52,894 bases of DNA, taken from the NCBI GenBank assembly GCA_041639695.1, contig JBEQBQ010000003.1:12505-65398 (forward strand), read 5' to 3'. The translations under genes were made by a program, and so were the position numbers. A model generated the notes under the pieces. It made no database searches and was not told the DNA's origin. It saw only the letters and a program-made list of their open reading frames with translations. Below are positions 27,997 through 37,228 of this stretch, piece by piece; within the stretch, counting starts at the first letter, position 1; each line of letters starts with the position of its first letter. This DNA is from Candidatus Nanohaloarchaea archaeon (lineage in GTDB: Archaea; Nanohalarchaeota; Nanosalinia; Nanosalinales; Nanosalinaceae).

Positions 27997-28106
27997 AAAA
28001 TCATATTGTACAACAGGCTTTATGATAACTGCTAGCATGTCGAAAATAATTCTTCCCGTTATAAGGTTAAGCACTCAAGTAGTATTTATTAAGGAGGTGT
28101 ATTATT

Positions 28107-28301
28107 TTGAAAGGAACAGTAAAGTTCTTCCATGATCAGAAGAACTACGGTTTTATCGAGACTGACGAGATGGACGACGACGTATTCTTCCACAACGAAG
28201 AACTCGAAGACGGACTTACAGTCGAAGAAGGAACTGAAGTCGAATTCGAGCAGGAAGAAGGCGACAGAGGTCCAAAAGCCGTTAACGTAACAGAGGCTTA
28301 A
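28107..28301 (+). CDS. Cold-shock domain protein
   Basis: MKGTVKFF...NYGFI...DVFFH...GDRGPKAVNV; TTG start after GGAGGTG. Confidence 0.95.
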   Translation: MKGTVKFFHDQKNYGFIETDEMDDDVFFHNEELEDGLTVEEGTEVEFEQEEGDRGPKAVNVTEA

Positions 28302-28355
28302 AGCCTAAGAGCGCTGGATAGTCCAGCCAAACACGAATTTTTCTCAATTTTATTC

Positions 28356-28541
28356 TTATCCACGATACTGTACATACTTCGAAGCAACGAAGTAGATAAT
28401 TATGATTACAAACGTTGTTGTGATAGCGCTTATATCGTATAGTTTCTGAAGCAGCGGTGGCACAACCAAGATCCCTGTCAAGGCTGCTGCAACACCTAGT
28501 ATTCCTGTCCACTGTTGCCTATCAAGATCTTTCAAGTTCAT
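28356..28541 (-). CDS. Small two-TM membrane protein
   Basis: 61-aa ORF with two hydrophobic helices. Confidence 0.6.
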   Translation of the reverse strand: MNLKDLDRQQWTGILGVAAALTGILVVPPLLQKLYDISAITTTFVIIIIYFVASKYVQYRG

Positions 28542-28600
28542 ATTTTTTCTTTCAGGTCAGAGACCTAAATATTAAAGCCTGAAACCCGATCCCCAATTAC

Positions 28601-29167
28601 ATGAGTTTCAAACAAGAATACAGTGATTTCTTCGAACAACTAAGTGAGGAGTACTTCGACGAGGAACGCTTCGTTCCTGCTGTAGGGCCTCAAGATGCAA
28701 AAGTAATACTCGTAGGGGAAGCGCCAGGAGCCAACGAAGTAGAACAGGGAGAACCTTTCGTCGGCAGAGCAGGGGATAGGATGAACGATATACTTAACGA
28801 TATCGGCGTGGAAAGATCCGATCTTTACATCACTAACTTGGTGAAGGTACGGCCCCCAGAGAATCGTGATCCGAAAGCAGATGAAATCGAGGCATGGGCA
28901 CCACTACTCGAAAAAGAAATTGAGAGGGTAGATCCTGATGTAATTCTGACTCTAGGTAATTTTGCGTCGAAACAGATGCTCGATACCTCGAAAGGAATTA
29001 CCTCGATACACGGTAAGATGTTCCAGAGGAACGGGAGAAAGATCATGCCGGTTTTCCACCCTGCCGCAACTTTATATGACAGGTCTAAAGCCCCGGAGCT
29101 CGAAGATGACTTGAGGAAAGCTTTCGGTAAAAAGAACGCGGGGCAGCAAAGCCTGAAAGATATCTGA
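28601..29167 (+). CDS. udg: Uracil-DNA glycosylase, family 4
   Basis: VGEAPGANE, PFVGRAG, YITNLVKVRPPENR, FHPAA. Confidence 0.93.
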   Translation: MSFKQEYSDFFEQLSEEYFDEERFVPAVGPQDAKVILVGEAPGANEVEQGEPFVGRAGDRMNDILNDIGVERSDLYITNLVKVRPPENRDPKADEIEAWAPLLEKEIERVDPDVILTLGNFASKQMLDTSKGITSIHGKMFQRNGRKIMPVFHPAATLYDRSKAPELEDDLRKAFGKKNAGQQSLKDI

Positions 29168-29168
29168 A

Positions 29169-29729
29169 CTATTCGTATAGAGTTTCTAACACCTGTTTAG
29201 TTGAGTCAGTAAATTCGGCAGGTCTTGCTTCACCTTTCCGTTCCAGTATGTTTTCTACAGGTTCGAACCATGCTGATTCAACCTCTTCAGAAAGCTTTGG
29301 TGCATAATCAGGTGTTTCCAGAGCTTGTCTGGTTGTAGAGTAAATTGCTAACATCTCAGGGTTGTCTTCCGAATCTTTCTCTATAGTTCCTATATATTCA
29401 AGATCGTCCGTGCTCAGTCCAATCGTTTCGGGGGAGGTGTCATGAAGTTCCTCCGCGTATTCTCTTACTGCGGCGTATCCTATCTCGGAATCTGATTCAA
29501 GTACGTGTCCGGCCGTTAGTTCATGGAAACCGGGTTTTCTCTGCTTTTGATCGGATCTTCGCTGGACTAAGAGGTTTTCCCGGTTTTCAGTCTCGTATGT
29601 TAGAATAACTACTGACCAGTTCATCTTGGGTTTTTCTCCGCAGCATTCAGATCTCGGTGCTACGTCGTAGCTTTCTGATCCTTCTGCAAGCTTGATTCTT
29701 TCTTCTCCGGGTTCCTGAGGCATAGACAT
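29169..29729 (-). CDS. Nudix-fold protein, IDI type 1/YfcD-like
   Basis: LLVQRRSDQKQRKPG..ELTAGHV...AAVREYAEEL; EEVE. Confidence 0.75.
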   Translation of the reverse strand: MSMPQEPGEERIKLAEGSESYDVAPRSECCGEKPKMNWSVVILTYETENRENLLVQRRSDQKQRKPGFHELTAGHVLESDSEIGYAAVREYAEELHDTSPETIGLSTDDLEYIGTIEKDSEDNPEMLAIYSTTRQALETPDYAPKLSEEVESAWFEPVENILERKGEARPAEFTDSTKQVLETLYE

Positions 29730-29778
29730 CCGTAACGTAATACGTTGTAATACGTTTCCTTATAAGGATTTTGATCTG

Positions 29779-30135
29779 TCAGAACTCAGACTCATCAAGA
29801 TACTCTGGAAACCCATTAAACCGGTAGTTCTTACTGTATCCTGACGCGCAACTACTTTCCTGTTTTTGCATCTCAAGTATCTCCTCGTCAAGTAAAAAAT
29901 CCAGTCTAGTCCGACCGTCAAGCATTTCGAGAGACCTTTGCAGATTACTTCCTGATGATTCGATCTCCGAGAAAATTCCGTACTCGGAATAGGCTTCGTC
30001 CTGATTATGATAGAATAGTTCTACAACCTCGCGCGTAGTATCATCTCCCATGATAAAATCCGCTTTCGTCTCGTGATACTTACTTAGCCCAAAACCGTCC
30101 AGATCGATGAACGGATCCTCATGCTTTTGACTCAT
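29779..30135 (-). CDS. Hypothetical protein, possibly winged-helix
   Basis: 118-aa acidic ORF. Confidence 0.55.
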   Translation of the reverse strand: MSQKHEDPFIDLDGFGLSKYHETKADFIMGDDTTREVVELFYHNQDEAYSEYGIFSEIESSGSNLQRSLEMLDGRTRLDFLLDEEILEMQKQESSCASGYSKNYRFNGFPEYLDESEF

Positions 30136-30201
30136 AGCGAAACTTGATTCGAGACTTAATCTTTTGAATGAATAATAAAGATTCAGCCCGGAAAACTGAA
30201 T

Positions 30202-31077
30202 ATGGAACGTTACAAAACCCTGATCAAAGATTGGAAAGCCTTCAAGGACGCGGTTGAGAAACCTGCTGTATCAACTGTCAGGAAGAACAGAATTAAAGCC
30301 CGTGAAAACTTTGAGGAAGAACTAAGAACTAGCTTTCCGGAAGTAGAGCAGGCAAACTGGAACAACGAGGTCTTCCGTCTTCCGGAAACGGAAAAACCAG
30401 GTAAGTCGGTGCTTCACTGGATGGGCGAGTATTACGTCCAGGAGGAAAGTGCGATTGTACCGGTTGAAGTTCTTGATCCCCGAAAAGGCGACAAAGTGCT
30501 TGACATGGCTGCCGCACCAGGCGGAAAAACCACACAGATCGCATCGAAGCTCGAGAACAAGGGAAAGGTCATCGCCAACGATGTATCCGGTCAAAGAATG
30601 AAGTCTCTGCACGCCAACATCTACCGCACAGGCAGCGCGAGTGTTGCCGCAACAAACTACGATGCGAGGAATCTTCCCGAAGACGAGGAATACAATAAAA
30701 TTTTGCTTGATGCACCGTGCTCGGGAGAAGGCGATAAAGCTAGGAGAAACTTCACAGCTGCGGATAAAGGAGAGCGCGAATCACTATCAAACCTACAGAA
30801 ACAGCTAGGTGAGAAAGCAGCGAGAATGCTCGAAAAGGACGGAAAAATGGTTTACTCTACCTGTACCCTAGCGCCAGAAGAGAACGAAGAAGTTGTTCAA
30901 CACCTTGTTGAGAACACTGAGCTTGAATTGGAAAATATAGAGCTTGAGGCAGAACACAACAGAGGGGTAACATCTTTCCGGGATAATGAGTATGGAGAGG
31001 AGATGAGGAAAACCGTTAGGGTTTATCCGCACCATCAACAGTCGGGGGTGATCTATGTTGCCAAGTTCAGAAAATAA
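30202..31077 (+). CDS. NOL1/NOP2/Sun (RsmB/RsmF) RNA m5C methyltransferase
   Basis: YYVQEES, DMAAAPGGKT, LDAPCSGEG, YSTCT, EENE. Confidence 0.95.
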   Translation: MERYKTLIKDWKAFKDAVEKPAVSTVRKNRIKARENFEEELRTSFPEVEQANWNNEVFRLPETEKPGKSVLHWMGEYYVQEESAIVPVEVLDPRKGDKVLDMAAAPGGKTTQIASKLENKGKVIANDVSGQRMKSLHANIYRTGSASVAATNYDARNLPEDEEYNKILLDAPCSGEGDKARRNFTAADKGERESLSNLQKQLGEKAARMLEKDGKMVYSTCTLAPEENEEVVQHLVENTELELENIELEAEHNRGVTSFRDNEYGEEMRKTVRVYPHHQQSGVIYVAKFRK

Positions 31078-31507
31078 CGTCGAAGAGGCATGGAACTACC
31101 TTGAAAACAGGTTTAGAGTAGACAGGGAGAAGATGCGGGAGTTCAGAATAGTTCCGAATTCCGGCGACTACTGGCTAACCTCGAAACAGATGGAAACAGA
31201 TCTTGAGGTCGAAACATACGGCTTCAGACTTCTCAGGACAACAGGCAGAGGTCTTAAACCAACTACTTATGCTCTCCAGTTCCTTGATGGAAGGATAGAG
31301 AAAAATATTGTTGAGCTCGATAGAGATGAGTTACTGAAGCTGCTAAAAAGAGAGGAGATGATTCCTAGAGAGATGGATGAGGAAGGTTACGTGGCTCTAG
31401 AGTATGACGGAAGGGTTGTAGGCTGCGGTTTTTACAAAGGTCAAAAGGTTTCTTCCCGTGTACCTAAGGGTCGTGGGAAGGAGTTAGCGCAGGTTTTCGA
31501 AAGTTAG
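31055..31507 (+). CDS. PUA-like partner of the m5C methyltransferase (RsmF C-terminal-like)
   Basis: YLENRF, GFRLLR...LKPTTYALQ, GYVALEYDGRVVGCG; overlaps the upstream gene. Confidence 0.75.
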   Translation: MLPSSENNVEEAWNYLENRFRVDREKMREFRIVPNSGDYWLTSKQMETDLEVETYGFRLLRTTGRGLKPTTYALQFLDGRIEKNIVELDRDELLKLLKREEMIPREMDEEGYVALEYDGRVVGCGFYKGQKVSSRVPKGRGKELAQVFES

Positions 31508-31527
31508 AACTTCAGGCCCTCGGATGG

Positions 31528-31535
31528 TTTATAAG
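31528..31535 (+). promoter_or_regulatory. Probable TATA box of the 5S rRNA gene
   Basis: TTTATAAG 24-31 nt upstream of the 5S start. Confidence 0.55.
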
Positions 31536-31558
31536 TTTTAACCCTAACATGTTGCATA

Positions 31559-31671
31559 CTGGCGGCCAAAGCGAAGGGGCAACGCCCGTACCCATCCCGA
31601 ACACGGAAGCAAAGTCCTTCAGCGATCTGACCGGTACTGCCTTACAGGCGGGAGATTCAGGACGCTGCCAG
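31559..31671 (+). rRNA. rrf: 5S rRNA (stand-alone)
   Basis: CTGGCGGCC...CCCGTACCCATCCCGAACACGGAAG..AAG...GTACTG...GGGAG...GCTGCCAG; ends pair. Confidence 0.93.
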
Positions 31672-31742
31672 ACTATTTTTCCACACTTTTCCCAGTTGAA
31701 CTACAACAACTAGTTAATATCTTCGAAACAAGAACTAGGAAT

Positions 31743-32606
31743 ATGGTAACAGCCTCAGGACTCAAGGCCAACCTGAAGATATTCGGACTTCTAACAATAC
31801 TTACAGGTATATTCATAGGTGTAGGATACGCTTTAGCAGGAACCGGCGGGATGATAATCGGACTAGTATTCGCCGGTTTGATGAACTTTGGGTCCTACTG
31901 GTTCTCCGACAAAATCGTTCTCAAAATGTATGGTGCCGAGGAAATAACCGAAGAACAGAACCCGGAGCTACACGAAAGACTGGGAAAACTGGCTGAAAAC
32001 GCCGGTATACCGAAACCCCGGCTTTACCGCTCATCGATGGATGTACCTAACGCCTTTGCTACAGGCAGAAACCCTGAGAAAGGAGTTGTATGCGTGACCG
32101 ATGGACTAGTAAACAACTTGGATAGTGATGAGGTTGACGGGGTTATAGCCCATGAGCTAGCCCACATCAAAAACAGAGATACTTTGATTAATGCATCAGT
32201 AGCCACTATCGCAGGAGCAATATCTATACTTGCGGAGATGGCTTTCTGGGGCGCCATGTTCGGAGGAGATGAGGACGGAGCAGAAATGGTTTCAGCTTTA
32301 GCATTCATGATCATAACTCCTATTATTGCCACGATTATCAGGATGGCGATCTCCAGAAAGATGGAGTACAGAGCAGATTCGGATGCAGTTAGAATTCACG
32401 GCCAGAAAGAAGGACTTAGTACCGCTCTCACCAAAATCCATGAGGAGGGGAAGAAGAAACCAACCAAGCACGTCTCAAAATCGCAGGAAGCAGGTGCAAA
32501 CCTGTTTATCTCAAACCCGTTCTCGTCTGACAAGTTGACGAAATGGTTCTCTACACACCCACAACTCGAGAACCGTATACAGAACATCGAGGCCACGAAT
32601 CTATGA
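31743..32606 (+). CDS. htpX: Zinc metalloprotease HtpX (M48)
   Basis: PNAFATGRNP, AHELAHIKNRD, SRKMEYRAD, FSTHP. Confidence 0.95.
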   Translation: MVTASGLKANLKIFGLLTILTGIFIGVGYALAGTGGMIIGLVFAGLMNFGSYWFSDKIVLKMYGAEEITEEQNPELHERLGKLAENAGIPKPRLYRSSMDVPNAFATGRNPEKGVVCVTDGLVNNLDSDEVDGVIAHELAHIKNRDTLINASVATIAGAISILAEMAFWGAMFGGDEDGAEMVSALAFMIITPIIATIIRMAISRKMEYRADSDAVRIHGQKEGLSTALTKIHEEGKKKPTKHVSKSQEAGANLFISNPFSSDKLTKWFSTHPQLENRIQNIEATNL

Positions 32607-33415
32607 GTGCGATGCCGCCGCTGAACCTGAACAAGAACGGTGACTGGAAACATCTCGAGGAAGCAGAAGACGTAACAGAACTTAACATCACGGATGCATT
32701 TGACTCTGTTAAAAGAACAAGGCTGCCTCAGGATGTTCCTGCTGCAACAAGAACCGAGTACGGTTTGAACGAAGCGAATACCGAGTTACTTCTTGACTAC
32801 GACTTCGAGAAACTTTCTGAGTCCGAAATGCTTAACGCATCTATCCATGAAGGGCTACATGCTTTAGATCATAAAGGAATATTAGAGGAGGAGCTTGAAT
32901 CTATAGGCGTTGATCCTGAAGTATCAAGCCATATTGATAGTTTAACTGATGGACCTCTAGAGGTAGAAGAAGGAACTATACAGGCTGTTTCTAACGCTCT
33001 GGATCCCAACGGCGGAAGTAACTATGCCTATCCCTATGAAACTCAAATGGTTGAAAGCTATCTAGAGCAAGAAGGAATCGATCTAGAATCAGAGCTTGCA
33101 GAAGATATTCAGGATACCAAGATGGATCTTGTTGATGAATACCGGGATGTCTATGCCCGGTTCTCGACGGACAACCTTTACTTCGAGGCAGGTTCTATTG
33201 GAGACCAAGAATATGGTGTGATGGCGATCGGCGATAACGCTGATGTCTATGGCGAAGAGATGGCTGATAGCATTGTCGAGGATATAGTTGAGAACTACGG
33301 TATTGAGGCCGAAGGATATAGTCCGGAAGAACAAGACTATGAAGAGGAATTGTTAGATGGTTCGGTATCTATGGAGGACTCTGAAAATCTAGGTTTGCAG
33401 CCGGCTGAAGTTTAA
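32603..33415 (+). CDS. Very acidic hypothetical protein with HExxH motif
   Basis: IHEGLHA...EEG; ATG at 32603 overlaps the htpX stop (ATGA). Confidence 0.65.
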   Translation: MSAMPPLNLNKNGDWKHLEEAEDVTELNITDAFDSVKRTRLPQDVPAATRTEYGLNEANTELLLDYDFEKLSESEMLNASIHEGLHALDHKGILEEELESIGVDPEVSSHIDSLTDGPLEVEEGTIQAVSNALDPNGGSNYAYPYETQMVESYLEQEGIDLESELAEDIQDTKMDLVDEYRDVYARFSTDNLYFEAGSIGDQEYGVMAIGDNADVYGEEMADSIVEDIVENYGIEAEGYSPEEQDYEEELLDGSVSMEDSENLGLQPAEV

Positions 33416-33429
33416 GAGAAGTAGAAATT

Positions 33430-34398
33430 TTATAGGGAGGAGTGTTCCCCTATGATAGCGCCTTCAAGGTCTTTATTCTCTACTTCTGCCTTTTGATCGA
33501 CGAGCGAGTCTCTGATCTCTGAATCAACGATATTTGCTTGAGGGAAGATTATCGAGTTTTCAAGCCTAGACTCTTTTACCTCGGCGCCGTCCATTACAAC
33601 TACGTTTTCACCTAATTCGGCGTTCTCTGTTTCTCCCCTAACTATGTTGCCGTCAACCACTTTTTCGGTGGCCTCAAGGTAGCCTCTCGGTGTTCCAACA
33701 TCGAACCAGTCTCCATCAAAGGAGAAAGCAAACATGGGTGTCTTCTGATGCGCCCATTCGATTAAACGTCCTGGCTCATCCAGGTACTGTTCCGCAGGCA
33801 CATCGGTCTGTTTGAAATGCTCTTCGTAGTCGTGGAAGAGAGAAACTTTGTCTTTGGGGAAGTAGTAGACTGCGATAGAAGCTAAAGTTGAAGGCGGTTC
33901 TTCCGGTTTTTCAACAAATCCGGCGATACGGTCTCCTTCTGTGTCAACGATTCCGAAGCTTGTAGCCAGCTTCTCGTCCTTCACATCGTATGTTACGTTG
34001 GCAGGAGCGTCTTTTTCTTTACAGAAATCTAGGAATTCAGATGTGTCGAAGCTGTAGAAGTTGTCGCCGCCGATAACAACCAGATCGTCATCGAGATCCA
34101 GGTCTTCCCGGTCAAGCATCTTAATGATGGCGCCGATTGTCCCGGGTTTTTCTTCTTCGCTTCCCTGTTCTTCGATTGCGACGGTTACGTTGTCTCTGTT
34201 GTACTCTTCGGCGTAGTCCTCGAAGTCTCCGGCAAACTTTCTGTTTGTGGAGATTATTACTTCGTCGATATCTTCGAGGTCTTCAAGTATGTAGTCGATT
34301 ATCGGTTTTTCTCCTAGTGGTAGAAGGGGTTTGGCCCTATGTTTGGTGATAGGCCAGAGTCGGGTGGCGTGTCCTCCCGCCAAGACAATAGCTTTCAT
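33430..34398 (-). CDS. Sugar-phosphate nucleotidyltransferase
   Basis: MKAIVLAGGHATRLWP...KPLLP, GGDN, FVEKP, WFDVG, C-terminal beta-helix repeats. Confidence 0.92.
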   Translation of the reverse strand: MKAIVLAGGHATRLWPITKHRAKPLLPLGEKPIIDYILEDLEDIDEVIISTNRKFAGDFEDYAEEYNRDNVTVAIEEQGSEEEKPGTIGAIIKMLDREDLDLDDDLVVIGGDNFYSFDTSEFLDFCKEKDAPANVTYDVKDEKLATSFGIVDTEGDRIAGFVEKPEEPPSTLASIAVYYFPKDKVSLFHDYEEHFKQTDVPAEQYLDEPGRLIEWAHQKTPMFAFSFDGDWFDVGTPRGYLEATEKVVDGNIVRGETENAELGENVVVMDGAEVKESRLENSIIFPQANIVDSEIRDSLVDQKAEVENKDLEGAIIGEHSSL

Positions 34399-34455
34399 AT
34401 TACGGTGTATTACTTCGGAGGTTTTTATTCGGTTCGGAAGAACAAACATATCTTT

Positions 34456-35400
34456 CTACTGCTTAGCTTTCTCGACTTCCTCAAGCAACTGGCACTTACG
34501 ACAGACCTTCGAAGAACAAGGCTCTCCGCAACGTTCACATTCTCTAAGCTGGTTCTCCTCAGAATCAAAATCCTTATGCTCATTAACAATATCGGAGATT
34601 TCACGTCCCTGAGAAACAATCGAGTGCTTGATGCCCGGCATCTCCGACTCTAAACGGTTCAAGAAACTCTTCATAATAGGTCTCAGAGAACCTTCTTCTA
34701 CGTGAGGACAACGATCAATAACACCTAGATCATGAAGCTTAGAATACAGAGCGATCTCCCTCTCCATCAAATCCTTCAACGGCTTAATCCTTTCAACGAA
34801 CTTGTCGTGGTCTACAGGATCTGAACCCGAGATTCTCGCCAACCTCTTCATGTCGCCTTTCACATGGTTCATCATGATGGCCTGGGCCTCATCATCCAGG
34901 TTGTGGCCGATAGCGATCTTATCCGCGCCAACCTCTCGGGAAAGCTTGTTCAAGAGATCTCTACGCATAATCCCGCAGTAGGTACAGTTCGACTTCTCAA
35001 GATTGTCGACAACATTCTCCATCCTCAAATCGTAATAATCTTCGTAACGTCCGATCTCAAGTTCAACATCCATCTCCTCGCACATCTCTTCCGCAGCTGA
35101 GATAGATTCGTTTCTGTACGGATCAATACCTTCATGTACTGCAACTGCAACGATCTCGATGTCAGGACGGTCGCCAAAGATTTCCACTAATTGTTGAAGC
35201 ATGACTGCCGAGTCCTTTCCTCCAGACAGGCCTACAGCAATAGTGTCGCCGGACTCCACCATGTCGTTCTTCCTGATCGTTCTCTTGATCTTCTTGTTGA
35301 CATCGATGGAGAAATGTTCCTGACAAAGTCCTCTTCCCTCGTACTCACGGAAAATCACTGTGTCCTTATCGCATTTTGCGCAGGTTTGCTCGTCGGTCAT
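34456..35400 (-). CDS. ncsA: tRNA 2-thiolation protein (TtuA/NcsA/Ctu1 family)
   Basis: CxxC...CxxH, SGGKDS, CTYCGIMRR, GHNLDDEAQ, CP, CxxC...CxxC. Confidence 0.88.
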   Translation of the reverse strand: MTDEQTCAKCDKDTVIFREYEGRGLCQEHFSIDVNKKIKRTIRKNDMVESGDTIAVGLSGGKDSAVMLQQLVEIFGDRPDIEIVAVAVHEGIDPYRNESISAAEEMCEEMDVELEIGRYEDYYDLRMENVVDNLEKSNCTYCGIMRRDLLNKLSREVGADKIAIGHNLDDEAQAIMMNHVKGDMKRLARISGSDPVDHDKFVERIKPLKDLMEREIALYSKLHDLGVIDRCPHVEEGSLRPIMKSFLNRLESEMPGIKHSIVSQGREISDIVNEHKDFDSEENQLRECERCGEPCSSKVCRKCQLLEEVEKAKQ

Positions 35401-35480
35401 ATCCAACCCTTTGGAATGAAGTTTTAAGTCGGCTTTAGTTGAGGAGCAAAAACTTAAGTGAAAACACGCCATTTCGGTAT

Positions 35481-36347
35481 ATGGAAGATAAAATAGAGAG
35501 ATTAATCGAAGAAAAAGTTGAGGAAAGAGTTAAGGAGGAAAGAGAGAGATTGAAGTCGGAAATGAGAGACATTCCTTTAGAGGATAAACGCACAGGCCAA
35601 TTCTCTCGTCGAAGTTTTCTCAAGAAGATCGGTGCGGGAGCCATAGGTATAGGTGCATTAAGTTTAGCGCCTGCATCTGGGCTGAAACTGACCAAAAATG
35701 GAATTTATGATTCCGGTGTAGAGCGCAAACTGATGCAGGAGGGAACGGATTCTGGTAAGCCCTCAGCTGGCGTTAAAGGAAGATACTACTATGCTAAGGA
35801 TGTGAATTTGCTTTACCGGGATAATGGTAGTTCTTGGGAGGTTGCGGCAGGAACTGGCACCACTTCGAGTCCTGTGCCTGTGGAAAACGTTCAATCCCTT
35901 TCTTCAGAGAAAGCCTCTATAACGAATGAAACGCTGATTCGGTTCTATCCGGAATCCGACACCTCGCTTTCCGCGGGTTCTTGGACGAACATGCCAGTAG
36001 GAACTGTGGAGGCTGATGAACTAGGCGAAGTTGATGCCGCTAATAATAAAATCAATCTTAACTCATCCGGTTGGAGACTGGTTGTAATAAGTGCGCGTTT
36101 TGATTCGCCCTCAGATAATGATGCTCTTGGGATGAAGATACAGAATCTCGATACCTCTAAATCTTTCAGACTTAATCAGCCTACAGCGGCAGGTTCAAGA
36201 ATAAATATCTATTCTTTTGCAACACTAGTAAACTTGCCTGCTGGCACAAATATCGCCATCCAGGTGAGAAATAAGCATAACTCGGATACTTTGCGATCGA
36301 ACGAGACTCAGACATATGTAGAGATCAGAGACATGTTCAGAAGTTAG
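35481..36347 (+). CDS. Fibre/adhesin-like protein: coiled-coil leader, internal twin-arginine segment, phage-fibre-like motif, C1q-like head
   Basis: MEDKIERLIEEK...FSRRSFLKKIGAGAIGIGALSLAPASG...GTDSGKPSAGVKGRYYYAKDVNLLYRDNGSSW...C-terminal beta-sandwich. Confidence 0.6.
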   Translation: MEDKIERLIEEKVEERVKEERERLKSEMRDIPLEDKRTGQFSRRSFLKKIGAGAIGIGALSLAPASGLKLTKNGIYDSGVERKLMQEGTDSGKPSAGVKGRYYYAKDVNLLYRDNGSSWEVAAGTGTTSSPVPVENVQSLSSEKASITNETLIRFYPESDTSLSAGSWTNMPVGTVEADELGEVDAANNKINLNSSGWRLVVISARFDSPSDNDALGMKIQNLDTSKSFRLNQPTAAGSRINIYSFATLVNLPAGTNIAIQVRNKHNSDTLRSNETQTYVEIRDMFRS

Positions 36348-36354
36348 AACCTAT

Positions 36355-37005
36355 TTAGTTGCTGACAATCTCCACTACTTCGTCAAGTTGCTCTGCCTCG
36401 TAAGTTGGATCTGTCTCGGAGTAGCCGTTGTAGTCAACGTGTATGGAGTCGATTCCAGCATTTTCAGCCGCCACGATATCGTCGTCCGAGTATCCTACCA
36501 TCACAGGGTTCTCCGCGTCAACACGTTTTATTATCTCCTTGATCATGGTAGGCCTCGGTTTTTTCCGGGAAATATAGTTTTCTAGACTTGAGAGTTGAGG
36601 TGATTCGATACTGTGAAAATAGTTCTTGATATCAAAGTGTTCGAGCGTGAACTTTGTGGCTTTCCACGGCGCATTAGATGCCAAAGCCTTTGTGGACTCG
36701 ATAGAATTAAGCACGTTCTTAGTATGTTTGCAGAGCCCGATCTCACCGTTCCTCATCATCTCGATCTTCCTGTCCGCGATCTTATTCTCCATCTCAATAA
36801 TCTCGTCACTGGTTAGACCGGTGTTTTTCGTGAACCTGTCTAACTGCTTCATGGAATCTATCTCGACAAGGTCTCTCGCTTCTTCAATAGAAATATTTTT
36901 GCCGTGCTGTTCCGCTACCTTCACTCGGATCTTGTCAGCCCATCTGAAGTCGCCTGAGTCGAGTAGAACTCCGTCTTTGTCGAAAATGACTGCGTCGTAA
37001 CCCAT
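36355..37005 (-). CDS. HAD-superfamily hydrolase
   Basis: VIFDKDGVLLDS, ASN, KKPRP, MVGYSDDDIVAAENAG. Confidence 0.88.
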   Translation of the reverse strand: MGYDAVIFDKDGVLLDSGDFRWADKIRVKVAEQHGKNISIEEARDLVEIDSMKQLDRFTKNTGLTSDEIIEMENKIADRKIEMMRNGEIGLCKHTKNVLNSIESTKALASNAPWKATKFTLEHFDIKNYFHSIESPQLSSLENYISRKKPRPTMIKEIIKRVDAENPVMVGYSDDDIVAAENAGIDSIHVDYNGYSETDPTYEAEQLDEVVEIVSN

Positions 37006-37068
37006 CCAAGAAACGAGGCGACTTGAACGATTATAAGCTTTCCCTAACTTTTTGCTTATGTATACGTT

Positions 37069-37157
37069 GCCGGCGTGGCAGAGTCTGGTTGAACGCGGCA
37101 GATTCGAGATCTGCTGGCCCATACGCGGCCTCCCCGGTTCAAATCCGGGCGCCGGCG
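37069..37157 (+). tRNA. tRNA-Ser(CGA)
   Basis: GCCGGCG/CGCCGGC acceptor, G73, GCAGA-TTCGAGA-TCTGC, long variable arm. Confidence 0.95.
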
Positions 37158-37228
37158 ACGCCTTTCCCTTGTACCTATTTTTCTCCGAGTTACTTAGGTT
37201 TTTTTATCAGGCTCTCTCATTCAGTTTC

